Assembly: GCA_001772625.1 (NCBI GenBank)
Contig: MEVA01000016.1
Span: 67,159 to 131,158, forward strand
From: a candidate division WWE3 bacterium RIFCSPHIGHO2_01_FULL_42_13
GTDB lineage: Bacteria; Patescibacteriota; WWE3; UBA101185; UBA10185
Length of the DNA stretch: 64,000 nt
Direction: 5' to 3'
How positions within the stretch are numbered: the stretch's first letter is position 1; every line of letters begins with the position of its first letter. A model generated the notes under the pieces. The model did no database searches. It worked only from the letters and a program-made list of their open reading frames with translations, and had not been told where the DNA came from. A program made the position numbers and the translations under genes. This document shows, in pieces, positions 36,690 to 45,511 of the stretch.

Positions 36690-37623
36690 ATAGAATTCCG
36701 CCGAACAAGCTTACGAAAAGTCGCAGCAAGTGATAAATGATGGAGGCACTTAGAGCCAGTTCCACCGGAACACCCGAACTTGAAAAAAATTGTATAAAAA
36801 GTGCATCTTGAACTCCTAAACCATTTAACGATGGGATGAAAAAAGTGGCGAGTGCTATTACTGGAAAAACGAACAAAGAATATGTGATAGGAAAAGTGAT
36901 GCCCATGGAAACAAAAACAAAATATTGCGTAAAAATGCTAAGAAGCTGAATTACAAAGGACGTCAGGAAAGCGCTCAACAAAACACCCCTCCTGTCTTTG
37001 TAGACAAGTAGGGAGTTATAAATTTTCCCTAATATCCCAATTTTCTTGGAAAGGATTTTTAAAAGCAGGAAGGCAACCGCAACTCCAATCCAAAATCCAA
37101 AAAACACAAGAAATTTAAAAAAGGTTAGATACAAACTGTTGTCGGAAATGATCTCGGGCAACTGCTCAATCCAAAAGTCTAAGGTTCTTGCTAAACCAAA
37201 GTACGAAATTAGAACAAGCGCCATAACACCTGTAAACCTCTCCATAAAGGTTGCGGCAAAGGCATCGGTCTTACTCCCAATCTTCTTACCTAAAGCAAGA
37301 ACTTTGTAAACATCACCCCCAACGCTTGTGGGCATAAAGTTATTGAAAAAGGCACCTACAAAATAAAGGTGGGTCAAATACTTAACGGTAACTTTTTCCG
37401 AACTTTTATGTATAAGTAGGGACTTCCATCTGAAGGCACCAATCAACCAGTTTAGAATTATGAATAGGATTGGCAGGGGCAGATATCTTATATCAACTAG
37501 TTTAAAGTTGCTCAAAACATCAGCGAAATCAATGCGTGAAAAGATAACTCCAAATAAAACCGCGCTGATTAAAACCTTAAGAATTATCTGCCATTTTTTC
37601 TTATCCATTATTTTCTGCTCCAA
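36667..37623 (-). CDS. Flippase-like membrane protein (lysylphosphatidylglycerol-synthase TM-domain family)
   Basis: 318 aa, 8 TM segments. N-terminal KVLISAVLFGVIFSRIDFADV...LIGAFRWKSLL is typical of this family. Confidence 0.5.
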   Translation of the reverse strand: MEQKIMDKKKWQIILKVLISAVLFGVIFSRIDFADVLSNFKLVDIRYLPLPILFIILNWLIGAFRWKSLLIHKSSEKVTVKYLTHLYFVGAFFNNFMPTSVGGDVYKVLALGKKIGSKTDAFAATFMERFTGVMALVLISYFGLARTLDFWIEQLPEIISDNSLYLTFFKFLVFFGFWIGVAVAFLLLKILSKKIGILGKIYNSLLVYKDRRGVLLSAFLTSFVIQLLSIFTQYFVFVSMGITFPITYSLFVFPVIALATFFIPSLNGLGVQDALFIQFFSSSGVPVELALSASIIYHLLRLFVSLFGGILYVFNKEN

Positions 37624-39079
37624 GAGAAATAGTTTTCAACTTTCTAAGTCCTGCCTGCACATCTTCCTTTGTCACAAATTTGAGCAAAAACACTAAAGCA
37701 ATGTAAATCCCACTACCCAAAAGGTAGGTTAGGATTTTCGTCATATTAAAATCCGTATAAACCTGCAAACTTATTACTAGCCCAACAATTATAAGGATGG
37801 CATGTTTCAATCGCAGAAAAGAAAATCCAAGCTTCCTCCAGGAGAAAAAGGCCAGTACGACAAGGTTTGTAAGCACCCCAAAAACCATAGCGTACGCCAT
37901 GGTCACTAAACCTCCCCATACACTATTAAAAGCGAAGTAAAATCCAACAGTTAAAACAAGCATAAACAAAAATCCCACAATCATTTCCTTTACCATTTTC
38001 GCTGGAACTAGAATGCTGGACATAACAATATTTACCACCGAGTAAAATATAAAGGCAAAAACTAAGGGCAGTACAAATGGAAACGATCCGTCATACTTTT
38101 CGCTTCCAATAAGAAGATGGAAAACATCTCGAACCCAGAAAACCGCGGTAACTGCTGCAAACACTATAAAAACAAAAACCTTATCAAAGTTTCCAATGAA
38201 TAAACTTTTAAACTCCTCAATGTTTTCAACAAATTTTTTCGACAGAACCGGAAGATTTATATCGGTTACTGAATCTGAAACAGCCATTAATTTTGTAGCG
38301 TAAAGCAAAGCAAACCCAAACAGACCTATTTCCTCCGGTGAATAACTAACACCCAACAAAAGCGGGCCTGACTTCTGCCAGTATGTAACAATTATTTTCA
38401 CAACATAAATTGCAAGGCTGATAGACAGAATATCCCTTAGCAGTCGCCTAAAATCAGCCTTTTGCGGCCAAGCGAAGCTGCCCTTGAGCGGGCCCAAAGC
38501 CATTACTCCCAGGGAAAGCGAGGCAAGAATGTTAAAAAGTATTAAAGAGTAAAAAAATCCGTCAACTCTGTACAAATAAATTAAAGGTATATAAATAAAC
38601 AAACCGGCAATCGCAATAATTACTTGGTAAGTAAAAAGTTGTTTGAACCTTTGAGTTCCTGAAATAACAGAATTAAAAATACTTTGTACGCCTTGGATTA
38701 ACAATACAAAAGCAAAAAGTTTAAGGGGAACTATTAGCGCGGGATTTCCATATTGTATTACGGAGATATACCTGGAAATAAAAAACAATATTACGGCCAG
38801 GGGAATTGTTACGAAGTATCTAATGACAACCGAGGTTAAAAAAATCTCAAATATCTCTTTATTGTTTTTTGCTGAAGAAATTTCCCTAGTACTGCCGGAG
38901 GCTAAGCCTAAGTGTTGATAAATACCAAAAGCTCCCCCAATTGAAGTTGCCAAGGTTATCAACCCATACTCACCCACACTCAAAATCCTTACAATAACTA
39001 TGCTTTGAACAATTCCTACCGCCATGGCTAAACCACGCGAAATAAAGCTTATTGCCTGCCATTTCAACAAACTTTTCAT
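37601..39079 (-). CDS. Wzx-like oligosaccharide flippase (MOP superfamily)
   Basis: 492 aa, about 14 TM segments. N-terminus SFISRGLAMAVGIVQSIVIVRILSVGEYGL is typical of polysaccharide biosynthesis/Wzx proteins. Confidence 0.6.
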   Translation of the reverse strand: MKSLLKWQAISFISRGLAMAVGIVQSIVIVRILSVGEYGLITLATSIGGAFGIYQHLGLASGSTREISSAKNNKEIFEIFLTSVVIRYFVTIPLAVILFFISRYISVIQYGNPALIVPLKLFAFVLLIQGVQSIFNSVISGTQRFKQLFTYQVIIAIAGLFIYIPLIYLYRVDGFFYSLILFNILASLSLGVMALGPLKGSFAWPQKADFRRLLRDILSISLAIYVVKIIVTYWQKSGPLLLGVSYSPEEIGLFGFALLYATKLMAVSDSVTDINLPVLSKKFVENIEEFKSLFIGNFDKVFVFIVFAAVTAVFWVRDVFHLLIGSEKYDGSFPFVLPLVFAFIFYSVVNIVMSSILVPAKMVKEMIVGFLFMLVLTVGFYFAFNSVWGGLVTMAYAMVFGVLTNLVVLAFFSWRKLGFSFLRLKHAILIIVGLVISLQVYTDFNMTKILTYLLGSGIYIALVFLLKFVTKEDVQAGLRKLKTISLGAENNG

Positions 39080-41205
39080 TTAACTTCCACATTTCCTAAG
39101 TAGATACTGCGCGTGCGAATATCATTAGAAATACCCACAAATGCCTTGTATGTCCCTGGCTCTACAAATTCCGGAAACCTAACCTCGTTTATTTCTGCAA
39201 AGTATCTGCCGGTAGACCACGTTTTAGGTTCTGATAGGGCAAAGGACGGTAGGTTGGGTAGTTGATAAACTTCACCGGTTTCAGCGTTTACGAAAGTAGT
39301 AAAAACTACATAATCATCCAAAGGCTTATCCACCTTTCTGATAAATGTAAATTGTGTGTTATAAGTTTGGCCGCGGACAATTTCAGATGGAATTGAGTAA
39401 TCAACAACATACAATCCCTCAAAAATCTCCAAGTTAACTTTCTCGTCAAAAACAAACGATTCCTGAATCGGCAAGGCGTCAGATTTATCATGCAGGCCAA
39501 CCCTTTCAAAAATAAACAGATTTCCGCAAGCTGTGTGCAAACGGTAATTTTCATCTTTTAAGACATTTCCAACAACCTTATTTATCACATCCTGTTCCAA
39601 ATCCAAAAGCTCAACAACTTTTAGCGAAAATACGTCCACAATCACATAATCAGCTGAATTATAAAGGGCTGGGAATATGGCGTAGGTTTCTCTCATAGAA
39701 AGGTATGCTCCTAAATAATCAGGTCCAGAAATTGAAGCGTTTTCTGGTACAAAATCTATAACCGCCCTAGCGCATTCTCTATCTCTTCTTTCAAATTCCG
39801 CAAGTCTAAACCGCTCACCAATTTCCAAATCTCTCTCTAGTACTTCTTTGCTATCCTCAAATATTGTTCGGGCAAAAGCGAGTCGGTTTAGTCTTTTCTC
39901 AACCGCCTGATTAAACCAAAGGTATATTGGGTTCCCATACGAATAAGAGAGCACTAAGTTTGAGACAACAAGTACAACGCACAGAACACCGGCGATATAA
40001 ACCCTTTTTAACTTTGAGTACGACGAAATAAGACTAGCCACATAATTTATTCCGTAAAGAGATGCTAAAAACAAAATCGGAATAATCATTGAGATTCGGT
40101 GATTAAATATTTCAGAGGTTCCGACATTTCCGCCAGTTATCGCATAGTTTATAACAAGCTCAGGAATCGCAATAACAAAAAGTGGCGGGTACAGAAGCGG
40201 CGCGTATAGCAGAGGGTCAAAGGTCATTCTCATATTTTCAGGCTTATCACCATTAAAAAGTACCCGTGCCGCTTTGCTGGGGTTTGTGATCAGACTCGTT
40301 GCAATCTCAGTATAAGAATTTCCAAGCTCTTCATACCTTCTCAAAAAGTAATTTTCGTCCCCAACGTCTTGGTCTGTATCTGCTTTGATTCCTAAATCCT
40401 GAGCAAACCTTTCATACCCTGCTATTCTCGCGGATGAGTAAGTGGGAATGATCACAAAAAAGGCTAGGACAAACCACAAAAGACTAACTACCATCATTTG
40501 CAGGCCTAACTTAGCAATTTTTGTGGAAATAAAAGATTTTATATCTTTAAATACACCGTTTCTGAAAAACAAAATAAAAAGTCCTAACATAAAAATGAAC
40601 AAAGGAAGCTCTTCTTTTCCTGACATAGTAATTACTAGCAAAATCCAAAACCAGAACATTCTTTTTTTAGAGAAATTTTGCTCATGGTGCATCTTTTCAA
40701 ATAGATAAAATGCGCCAAGGAAAAAAGGTATGGCTAGTGTAACGCCGTGAAATGCCGTCCAAGCAAGCACAAACCCCATGGCCGGATATAGCAGATAAGC
40801 CAAGCCCATCAACAACGCCAGTACTTTATTCTTCATTTCAAGTTCCGCGATTGCGTAAATTAACAGTGAGGAAAAGGTGACTATCACAAGTTGAAAGAAT
40901 ATCAAAGTTAGAGGAGACTTAAAAATAAGGAAAAACGGGAGGGCTAAAAGAATTATCGGATCCACGTGGCTCATGCCCCATCTAGGCAAATTAGTTCCAA
41001 AGTAATCAGTAAGGTACATGAACCTGCCCTGGGTAGTATTCCAAATCATTTGTGTCATATTTCCCAGGTCAAATTTCCCTAAATCAAAGTTGTTGTAGCG
41101 GAAAAGATTTATTTTCGCGGCCAGAATAAAAACACCTAAAGAATAAGCAATCAAAAATAAAAAAGGCCAATTTTTTAACATGGAGTCTTTTAATTTTATA
41201 AACAT
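39076..41205 (-). CDS. Large polytopic membrane protein, DUF2079-like (GT-C-related)
   Basis: 709 aa. FDLGNMTQMIWNTTQG near the N-terminus and a C-terminal soluble domain. Confidence 0.45.
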   Translation of the reverse strand: MFIKLKDSMLKNWPFLFLIAYSLGVFILAAKINLFRYNNFDLGKFDLGNMTQMIWNTTQGRFMYLTDYFGTNLPRWGMSHVDPIILLALPFFLIFKSPLTLIFFQLVIVTFSSLLIYAIAELEMKNKVLALLMGLAYLLYPAMGFVLAWTAFHGVTLAIPFFLGAFYLFEKMHHEQNFSKKRMFWFWILLVITMSGKEELPLFIFMLGLFILFFRNGVFKDIKSFISTKIAKLGLQMMVVSLLWFVLAFFVIIPTYSSARIAGYERFAQDLGIKADTDQDVGDENYFLRRYEELGNSYTEIATSLITNPSKAARVLFNGDKPENMRMTFDPLLYAPLLYPPLFVIAIPELVINYAITGGNVGTSEIFNHRISMIIPILFLASLYGINYVASLISSYSKLKRVYIAGVLCVVLVVSNLVLSYSYGNPIYLWFNQAVEKRLNRLAFARTIFEDSKEVLERDLEIGERFRLAEFERRDRECARAVIDFVPENASISGPDYLGAYLSMRETYAIFPALYNSADYVIVDVFSLKVVELLDLEQDVINKVVGNVLKDENYRLHTACGNLFIFERVGLHDKSDALPIQESFVFDEKVNLEIFEGLYVVDYSIPSEIVRGQTYNTQFTFIRKVDKPLDDYVVFTTFVNAETGEVYQLPNLPSFALSEPKTWSTGRYFAEINEVRFPEFVEPGTYKAFVGISNDIRTRSIYLGNVEVK

Positions 41206-41208
41206 ACT

Positions 41209-42405
41209 TTAGCTCTTACGAATTACTACCTTATCATAAACTTGATCAACCTTCTTGGCCATCAAATGCCACGAATAATTGCTTCTAACAAAGCCTAAAT
41301 CGGCGGAAATGCCGCTATCTAGCACCTCCTGAACTTGCTTAGCAATACTTTCCGCGGAAACTTCACGCAGATAAACCAAGCCCTCAATTTTCTGTGAAGT
41401 TTCAAAACCTGATGCGAGAGCTGGAACTCCACATGCCAAACTTTGCAATACCACTTTTGGTAAACCCTCCCAGTCAGAGGGCAGTACAAAGATATCCGCG
41501 ATTTGAAATACAATCGGAACCTGTGGGTAAGGTGTATAACCAACCCTAACTATTCTATGATCTAAATTATACTTCGAGGTAACATCTAATATTTTACTTT
41601 CGTATTCTTCGTCACCGTGAGGCCCCACCAAAAGAAGCTTGTAATTAGACGGCAAAAATCTTAACGATTCTATAAGAAGGTGAATATTCTTTCTTTCGAC
41701 AATCGCACCATTATTTAAAATTACTTTATCGTGCGGGGCAAGACCCAGCTCTCCTCGCGTCTTTACTAACTCTTCAGGCCCAATAGGTGTAAATAACTCG
41801 GTGTTTACGCCTGTTTCTACAACAAAACACTTTGAGGGATCGGTGTTGTAGTGCTTTATTGCTTCATTTTTAGTTTCCGGGCTTACAAAAATACAAGCGT
41901 CCGCGCTGCCGATAGCCCATCTATCGGACATTTGCGCAAGTGGCCAACTTAGATATCTTGAAATAGCTTTGATATTTTTATCCTGACCCTCTAATTTTTC
42001 CCACCTGCCTTTTACCGTGTTATGAAAATGGGCTATCAGGGGAACTTTGAGTTCCTTTGCTCCTGGAAGAAATTTTTTTAGGAAAAACCTATATGCATAA
42101 ATCCAAATTGCGAAGTGACCGTGCGAGTGAATCACATCAGGTCTATTTTTTAATCGCCAGAATAAGTAATAGAAAAACACAATCAGTGAAGTGGTTATAC
42201 TTAGAGTTCCCCGTAAGGGCTCACGAAGAAACGGGTGAAGTTTAGCTCCTTTTAAAGTCTCGATTGGTCCGGCAAATGGCCATCTACCGCAAAACACATC
42301 TATTTCATGCCCAAGCTTTACCTGGGCCGAAGTCATTTCATATGGAGCTGGAGCTAGGCCGTCCCATGGCGGAGGCCAGTCGTAAACAATTCTTAGAATT
42401 TTCAC
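41209..42405 (-). CDS. Glycosyltransferase family 4
   Basis: 398 aa. EGLPKVVLQSLACGVPALAS motif. Confidence 0.75.
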   Translation of the reverse strand: MKILRIVYDWPPPWDGLAPAPYEMTSAQVKLGHEIDVFCGRWPFAGPIETLKGAKLHPFLREPLRGTLSITTSLIVFFYYLFWRLKNRPDVIHSHGHFAIWIYAYRFFLKKFLPGAKELKVPLIAHFHNTVKGRWEKLEGQDKNIKAISRYLSWPLAQMSDRWAIGSADACIFVSPETKNEAIKHYNTDPSKCFVVETGVNTELFTPIGPEELVKTRGELGLAPHDKVILNNGAIVERKNIHLLIESLRFLPSNYKLLLVGPHGDEEYESKILDVTSKYNLDHRIVRVGYTPYPQVPIVFQIADIFVLPSDWEGLPKVVLQSLACGVPALASGFETSQKIEGLVYLREVSAESIAKQVQEVLDSGISADLGFVRSNYSWHLMAKKVDQVYDKVVIRKS

Positions 42406-43583
42406 AAGATAACCTCATTAAAAACTTTTTCGTACTTATCAAGCATAACATCAAGGGTGAATTCTTTTTTTGCCTTTTCGAACGCTTTTTTTCCCATCAC
42501 GTTTCGCAACTCTTCGTCTTCGGAGAGTTTAAGTATTGCGTTTTTAAGTTGGTCTACATTTCCAGATTCATAAATAATTCCCGTTACTCCATCTTCAATC
42601 CCTTCCGGAATTCCACCCATGTTTGATCCAATAACAGGAACTTGCGCAAGCATTGCTTCAACAATGCTCATTGGAAATCCCTCAACACGACGAGAAGGCA
42701 AAACGAAAATATCCGACTCTCCCAAAAGTTTCATAGATTCTTTGTGGGGAATACGGCCAAAAATATGAATCTTATCCAAAAGCTTCTTTTCTGAAACCAT
42801 CTCTTTCAACCCCATCAAGTGAGGGCCGTCTCCAACTATGGTAAGTTCGACTTTCTTGTCCCGAATCTGCCCCATCGCGACAACTAAATCAGCAAGACCC
42901 TTTGACCTGTGGATAAGTCCGACATAAAAAAGCCTAACGACCCCATCTTCTTTTTTGGTTCGTGCAATATCTTCATCAATTCCATTGTAAATAACCACAA
43001 CCTTACTTTCGTCAACAAAAGTTTCGTCAATTAAAGCCTGTCTCACAAACTTAGAAACCGCAATAACTTTATCCGAATGCAAAACAAATTCACGCTGACG
43101 GTTAAAGAAGTTAAGTAGAAAGTATGCTGTGTTGGGAATTAATTTTATGTAATCTTTTGGCGAACTTAAACTTTGCAAAAGCGTTTTGTACTCACCCGTT
43201 GTTGTTCCATGAGAAATAGAAACAACCGGAACACCCAACTCATTTTTCTTCATCACCAAACCTAACGCCGCGGAACTTTGTCCGAGAATCAAATCAAATT
43301 TTTCTTCTTTATAGGATTGTTTGAAAGCTTCTACTGAACGGTTGATCCAGTTATTCTTATCCAAATAACCAAAGCCTCCCAAGCTTCTGTAACTACAATC
43401 AATAAACTTATAGGAAACACCGTTTAATTCTTGGGAATCGGTGTTTAACTCCTGTTTGGGGGCGAAAATAGTGATTTTGTGCCCTCTTTTGGCTAAACCC
43501 TCACATAAGGCCTTATTTTGAGTCTCTAAACCCCCAAAACCCTCGTGCAAAGTTGTTTTCTTTATAAAAACGGCCACGTTCAT
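42402..43583 (-). CDS. Glycosyltransferase family 4
   Basis: 393 aa. EGFPMSIVEAMLAQVPVIGSNMGGIPE motif. Confidence 0.8.
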   Translation of the reverse strand: MNVAVFIKKTTLHEGFGGLETQNKALCEGLAKRGHKITIFAPKQELNTDSQELNGVSYKFIDCSYRSLGGFGYLDKNNWINRSVEAFKQSYKEEKFDLILGQSSAALGLVMKKNELGVPVVSISHGTTTGEYKTLLQSLSSPKDYIKLIPNTAYFLLNFFNRQREFVLHSDKVIAVSKFVRQALIDETFVDESKVVVIYNGIDEDIARTKKEDGVVRLFYVGLIHRSKGLADLVVAMGQIRDKKVELTIVGDGPHLMGLKEMVSEKKLLDKIHIFGRIPHKESMKLLGESDIFVLPSRRVEGFPMSIVEAMLAQVPVIGSNMGGIPEGIEDGVTGIIYESGNVDQLKNAILKLSEDEELRNVMGKKAFEKAKKEFTLDVMLDKYEKVFNEVIL

Positions 43584-43611
43584 GGGTTAATTGTACTATG
43601 TTAAAAGCCCC

Positions 43612-43640
43612 TAGGCATTTTTGAAGAAATGTCCTATAAT
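43612..43640 (+). promoter_or_regulatory. Sigma70-like promoter candidate: -35 TAGGCA (43612..43617), 17-nt spacer, perfect -10 TATAAT (43635..43640)
   Basis: Read directly. It is about 42 nt upstream of the ATG at 43683, which has AAGGAGGG with a 7-nt spacer. Confidence 0.35.
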
Positions 43641-43682
43641 GCGGTCAGAAACACGGCACAATAATCGCCTAAGGAGGGTGAC

Positions 43683-44285
43683 ATGTACCGACGTATAAAA
43701 AGGGGTCTGGATCTCTTAGTGGCGATCCTGCTGTATGCTCTTTGGACACCTCTAAGCATTGTTCTGCTGAGGATTCCGATCAGACTTGGATCGTACGGAC
43801 ACTCCCTGCTGAAGCAAGAGCGTGTGGGTTTGAACGGTCAGAAATTCACGATCTTCAAACTCCGGACAATGTATTCCAATGCCAACGAGATAGGGAGGGC
43901 AAACGGAATACGTTCCCACGCAAAGCCCAAAGGTGATGATCCGAGAGTCACTCCGTTAGGTAAATTCCTGCGGAAAACCAGCATCGATGAGTTTCCCCAA
44001 CTGTTAAATATCATCAGGGGGGAAATGAGTTTTATCGGCCCACGTCCACCGCAACCGCACGAAATGAAAGAGTGGCGAGCCATGTATGGAAATCTTGCCA
44101 CAAAAAGGCTTGAGGTCCTTCCTGGTCTAACGGGTTGGGCGCAGGTCAACGGCAGGGACGCTCTTACACCAAAGCAACGATTGGAGCACGACGCATACTA
44201 TGTCGAAAACCAATCCTTCTGGTTGGACTTGATGATTCTTATCAAGACTATTCCAACGTTGTTCAAGTGGGAGAGTGCAAACTAA
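43683..44285 (+). CDS. Polyprenyl-phosphate sugar-1-phosphate transferase (PglC/WbaP C-terminal-domain type initiating phosphoglycosyltransferase); compositionally foreign
   Basis: 200 aa. Single N-terminal re-entrant helix, then KFTIFKLRTM, DEFPQLLNIIRGEMSFIGPRP and PGLTGWAQV, the hallmark bacterial sugar transferase motifs. GC is about 47-50% with CTG-rich codons. Confidence 0.8.
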   Translation: MYRRIKRGLDLLVAILLYALWTPLSIVLLRIPIRLGSYGHSLLKQERVGLNGQKFTIFKLRTMYSNANEIGRANGIRSHAKPKGDDPRVTPLGKFLRKTSIDEFPQLLNIIRGEMSFIGPRPPQPHEMKEWRAMYGNLATKRLEVLPGLTGWAQVNGRDALTPKQRLEHDAYYVENQSFWLDLMILIKTIPTLFKWESAN

Positions 44286-44323
44286 AAAGGCTCAATGGGA
44301 AACCAACGAGCCTTTAGTTTTTG
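44286..44323. terminator. Terminator-like hairpin (8-bp stem AAAGGCTC/GAGCCTTT, 14-nt loop) followed by a T-tract, between convergent genes
   Basis: Stem 44286..44293 and 44308..44315, then AGTTTTTG. The loop is long, so confidence is moderate. Confidence 0.4.
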
Positions 44324-44331
44324 TGCTGAAA

Positions 44332-45498
44332 TTAAACGAGTAGACTTTCTATCTCACTAACACTTTCTTCCAAGTCAAACATCCCAACAGCCTTATTATA
44401 TGCAGCACTTGATAATGAATTTCGTAAATCCGTATCACTCAATAATTTTTTAATTGCCTCGGCTAACTTTACAGAATCTTTCTGGGGAACAATCAGCGCA
44501 TTACTTGAATTCAAGAAATCAGAAATACTTCCCGCGTCAGTTGTCACAATTGGAACCTTAAGCATTGCCGCCTCTATCAAAGAGTTTGGAACTCCATCGG
44601 CATCTCCACCTTGGGCATTAATGCTTGGCTGAACATACACATCGGCAGCGTGCAGGTACGGCAAGATCTCATTAAATGGCGTTTCCCCAAGCAGCACAAA
44701 ACTTTTCTCCAGCCCCTTCGATTTAATCAAGCTTTTTAGTTCGCCAAGTAAGGGACCACCGGCCGCAACATAAATTAAATGCGAGACCTCTTTCTTTAAA
44801 ATTTCTGAGGCCTCAATTAAATACTTGATTCCCTTCTTCTCTTCCAACCTTCCAATAGTAAAAATAAACGGCTGGTCAGGCTTTTTAAAACTCGTTCCGT
44901 TTGGTAAAGCTAAAGATTTAGGATCAACACCGTGATAAATAAGTTTTAATTTTGAATGCAGCGAGGGGTCAACTTTGGACTTAACAGACTCCAACGCATT
45001 TTTGTTACAAAAAGTTATGGATTTGGCGAGTTTTGCTTTTTTGATAATTAGATCGGGGTATTCCAAAACGTCCCGCGCGTGCCCAGAAATTACTAATGGT
45101 ACGTCAAGAAGAATTGATGCTACAAGAGCAACTGTAGAAGGTTTTGAAAGAAAATGGGAATAAATAACCTCGGGTTTGTATTGGCGGAAAATTCTTGCGT
45201 ACCCAAACCCCTTTATAAACTCATATGGTCTTAGAACTCCAACTGTTTTCCAGGCCTTAAAAACGTTCGCAGCTTTAGTCAAGAGAAGCGTCAGCCCTAT
45301 TGCGCCATCAAGAAGGTTTGCCTGCTTGTACTTAACGTGCCCTTCTAAAGTCTTCTGCGCAAAATCCAGACCCTTGTTCGGGGCAACGACCGTCAAATCA
45401 ATATTTGGGGACTTTGCCAAGCCCGCAATTTCCCGTTCAATAAACGTTTCTGAAAGCACAGGAAATGTAGGGATAAAAGCCAAAACTCGCTTTTTCAT
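44332..45498 (-). CDS. Glycosyltransferase family 4
   Basis: 388 aa. GT-B architecture with C-terminal GDADGVPNSLIEAAMLKVPIVTTD. Confidence 0.75.
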   Translation of the reverse strand: MKKRVLAFIPTFPVLSETFIEREIAGLAKSPNIDLTVVAPNKGLDFAQKTLEGHVKYKQANLLDGAIGLTLLLTKAANVFKAWKTVGVLRPYEFIKGFGYARIFRQYKPEVIYSHFLSKPSTVALVASILLDVPLVISGHARDVLEYPDLIIKKAKLAKSITFCNKNALESVKSKVDPSLHSKLKLIYHGVDPKSLALPNGTSFKKPDQPFIFTIGRLEEKKGIKYLIEASEILKKEVSHLIYVAAGGPLLGELKSLIKSKGLEKSFVLLGETPFNEILPYLHAADVYVQPSINAQGGDADGVPNSLIEAAMLKVPIVTTDAGSISDFLNSSNALIVPQKDSVKLAEAIKKLLSDTDLRNSLSSAAYNKAVGMFDLEESVSEIESLLV

Positions 45499-45511
45499 AG
45501 TTGAATTATAC

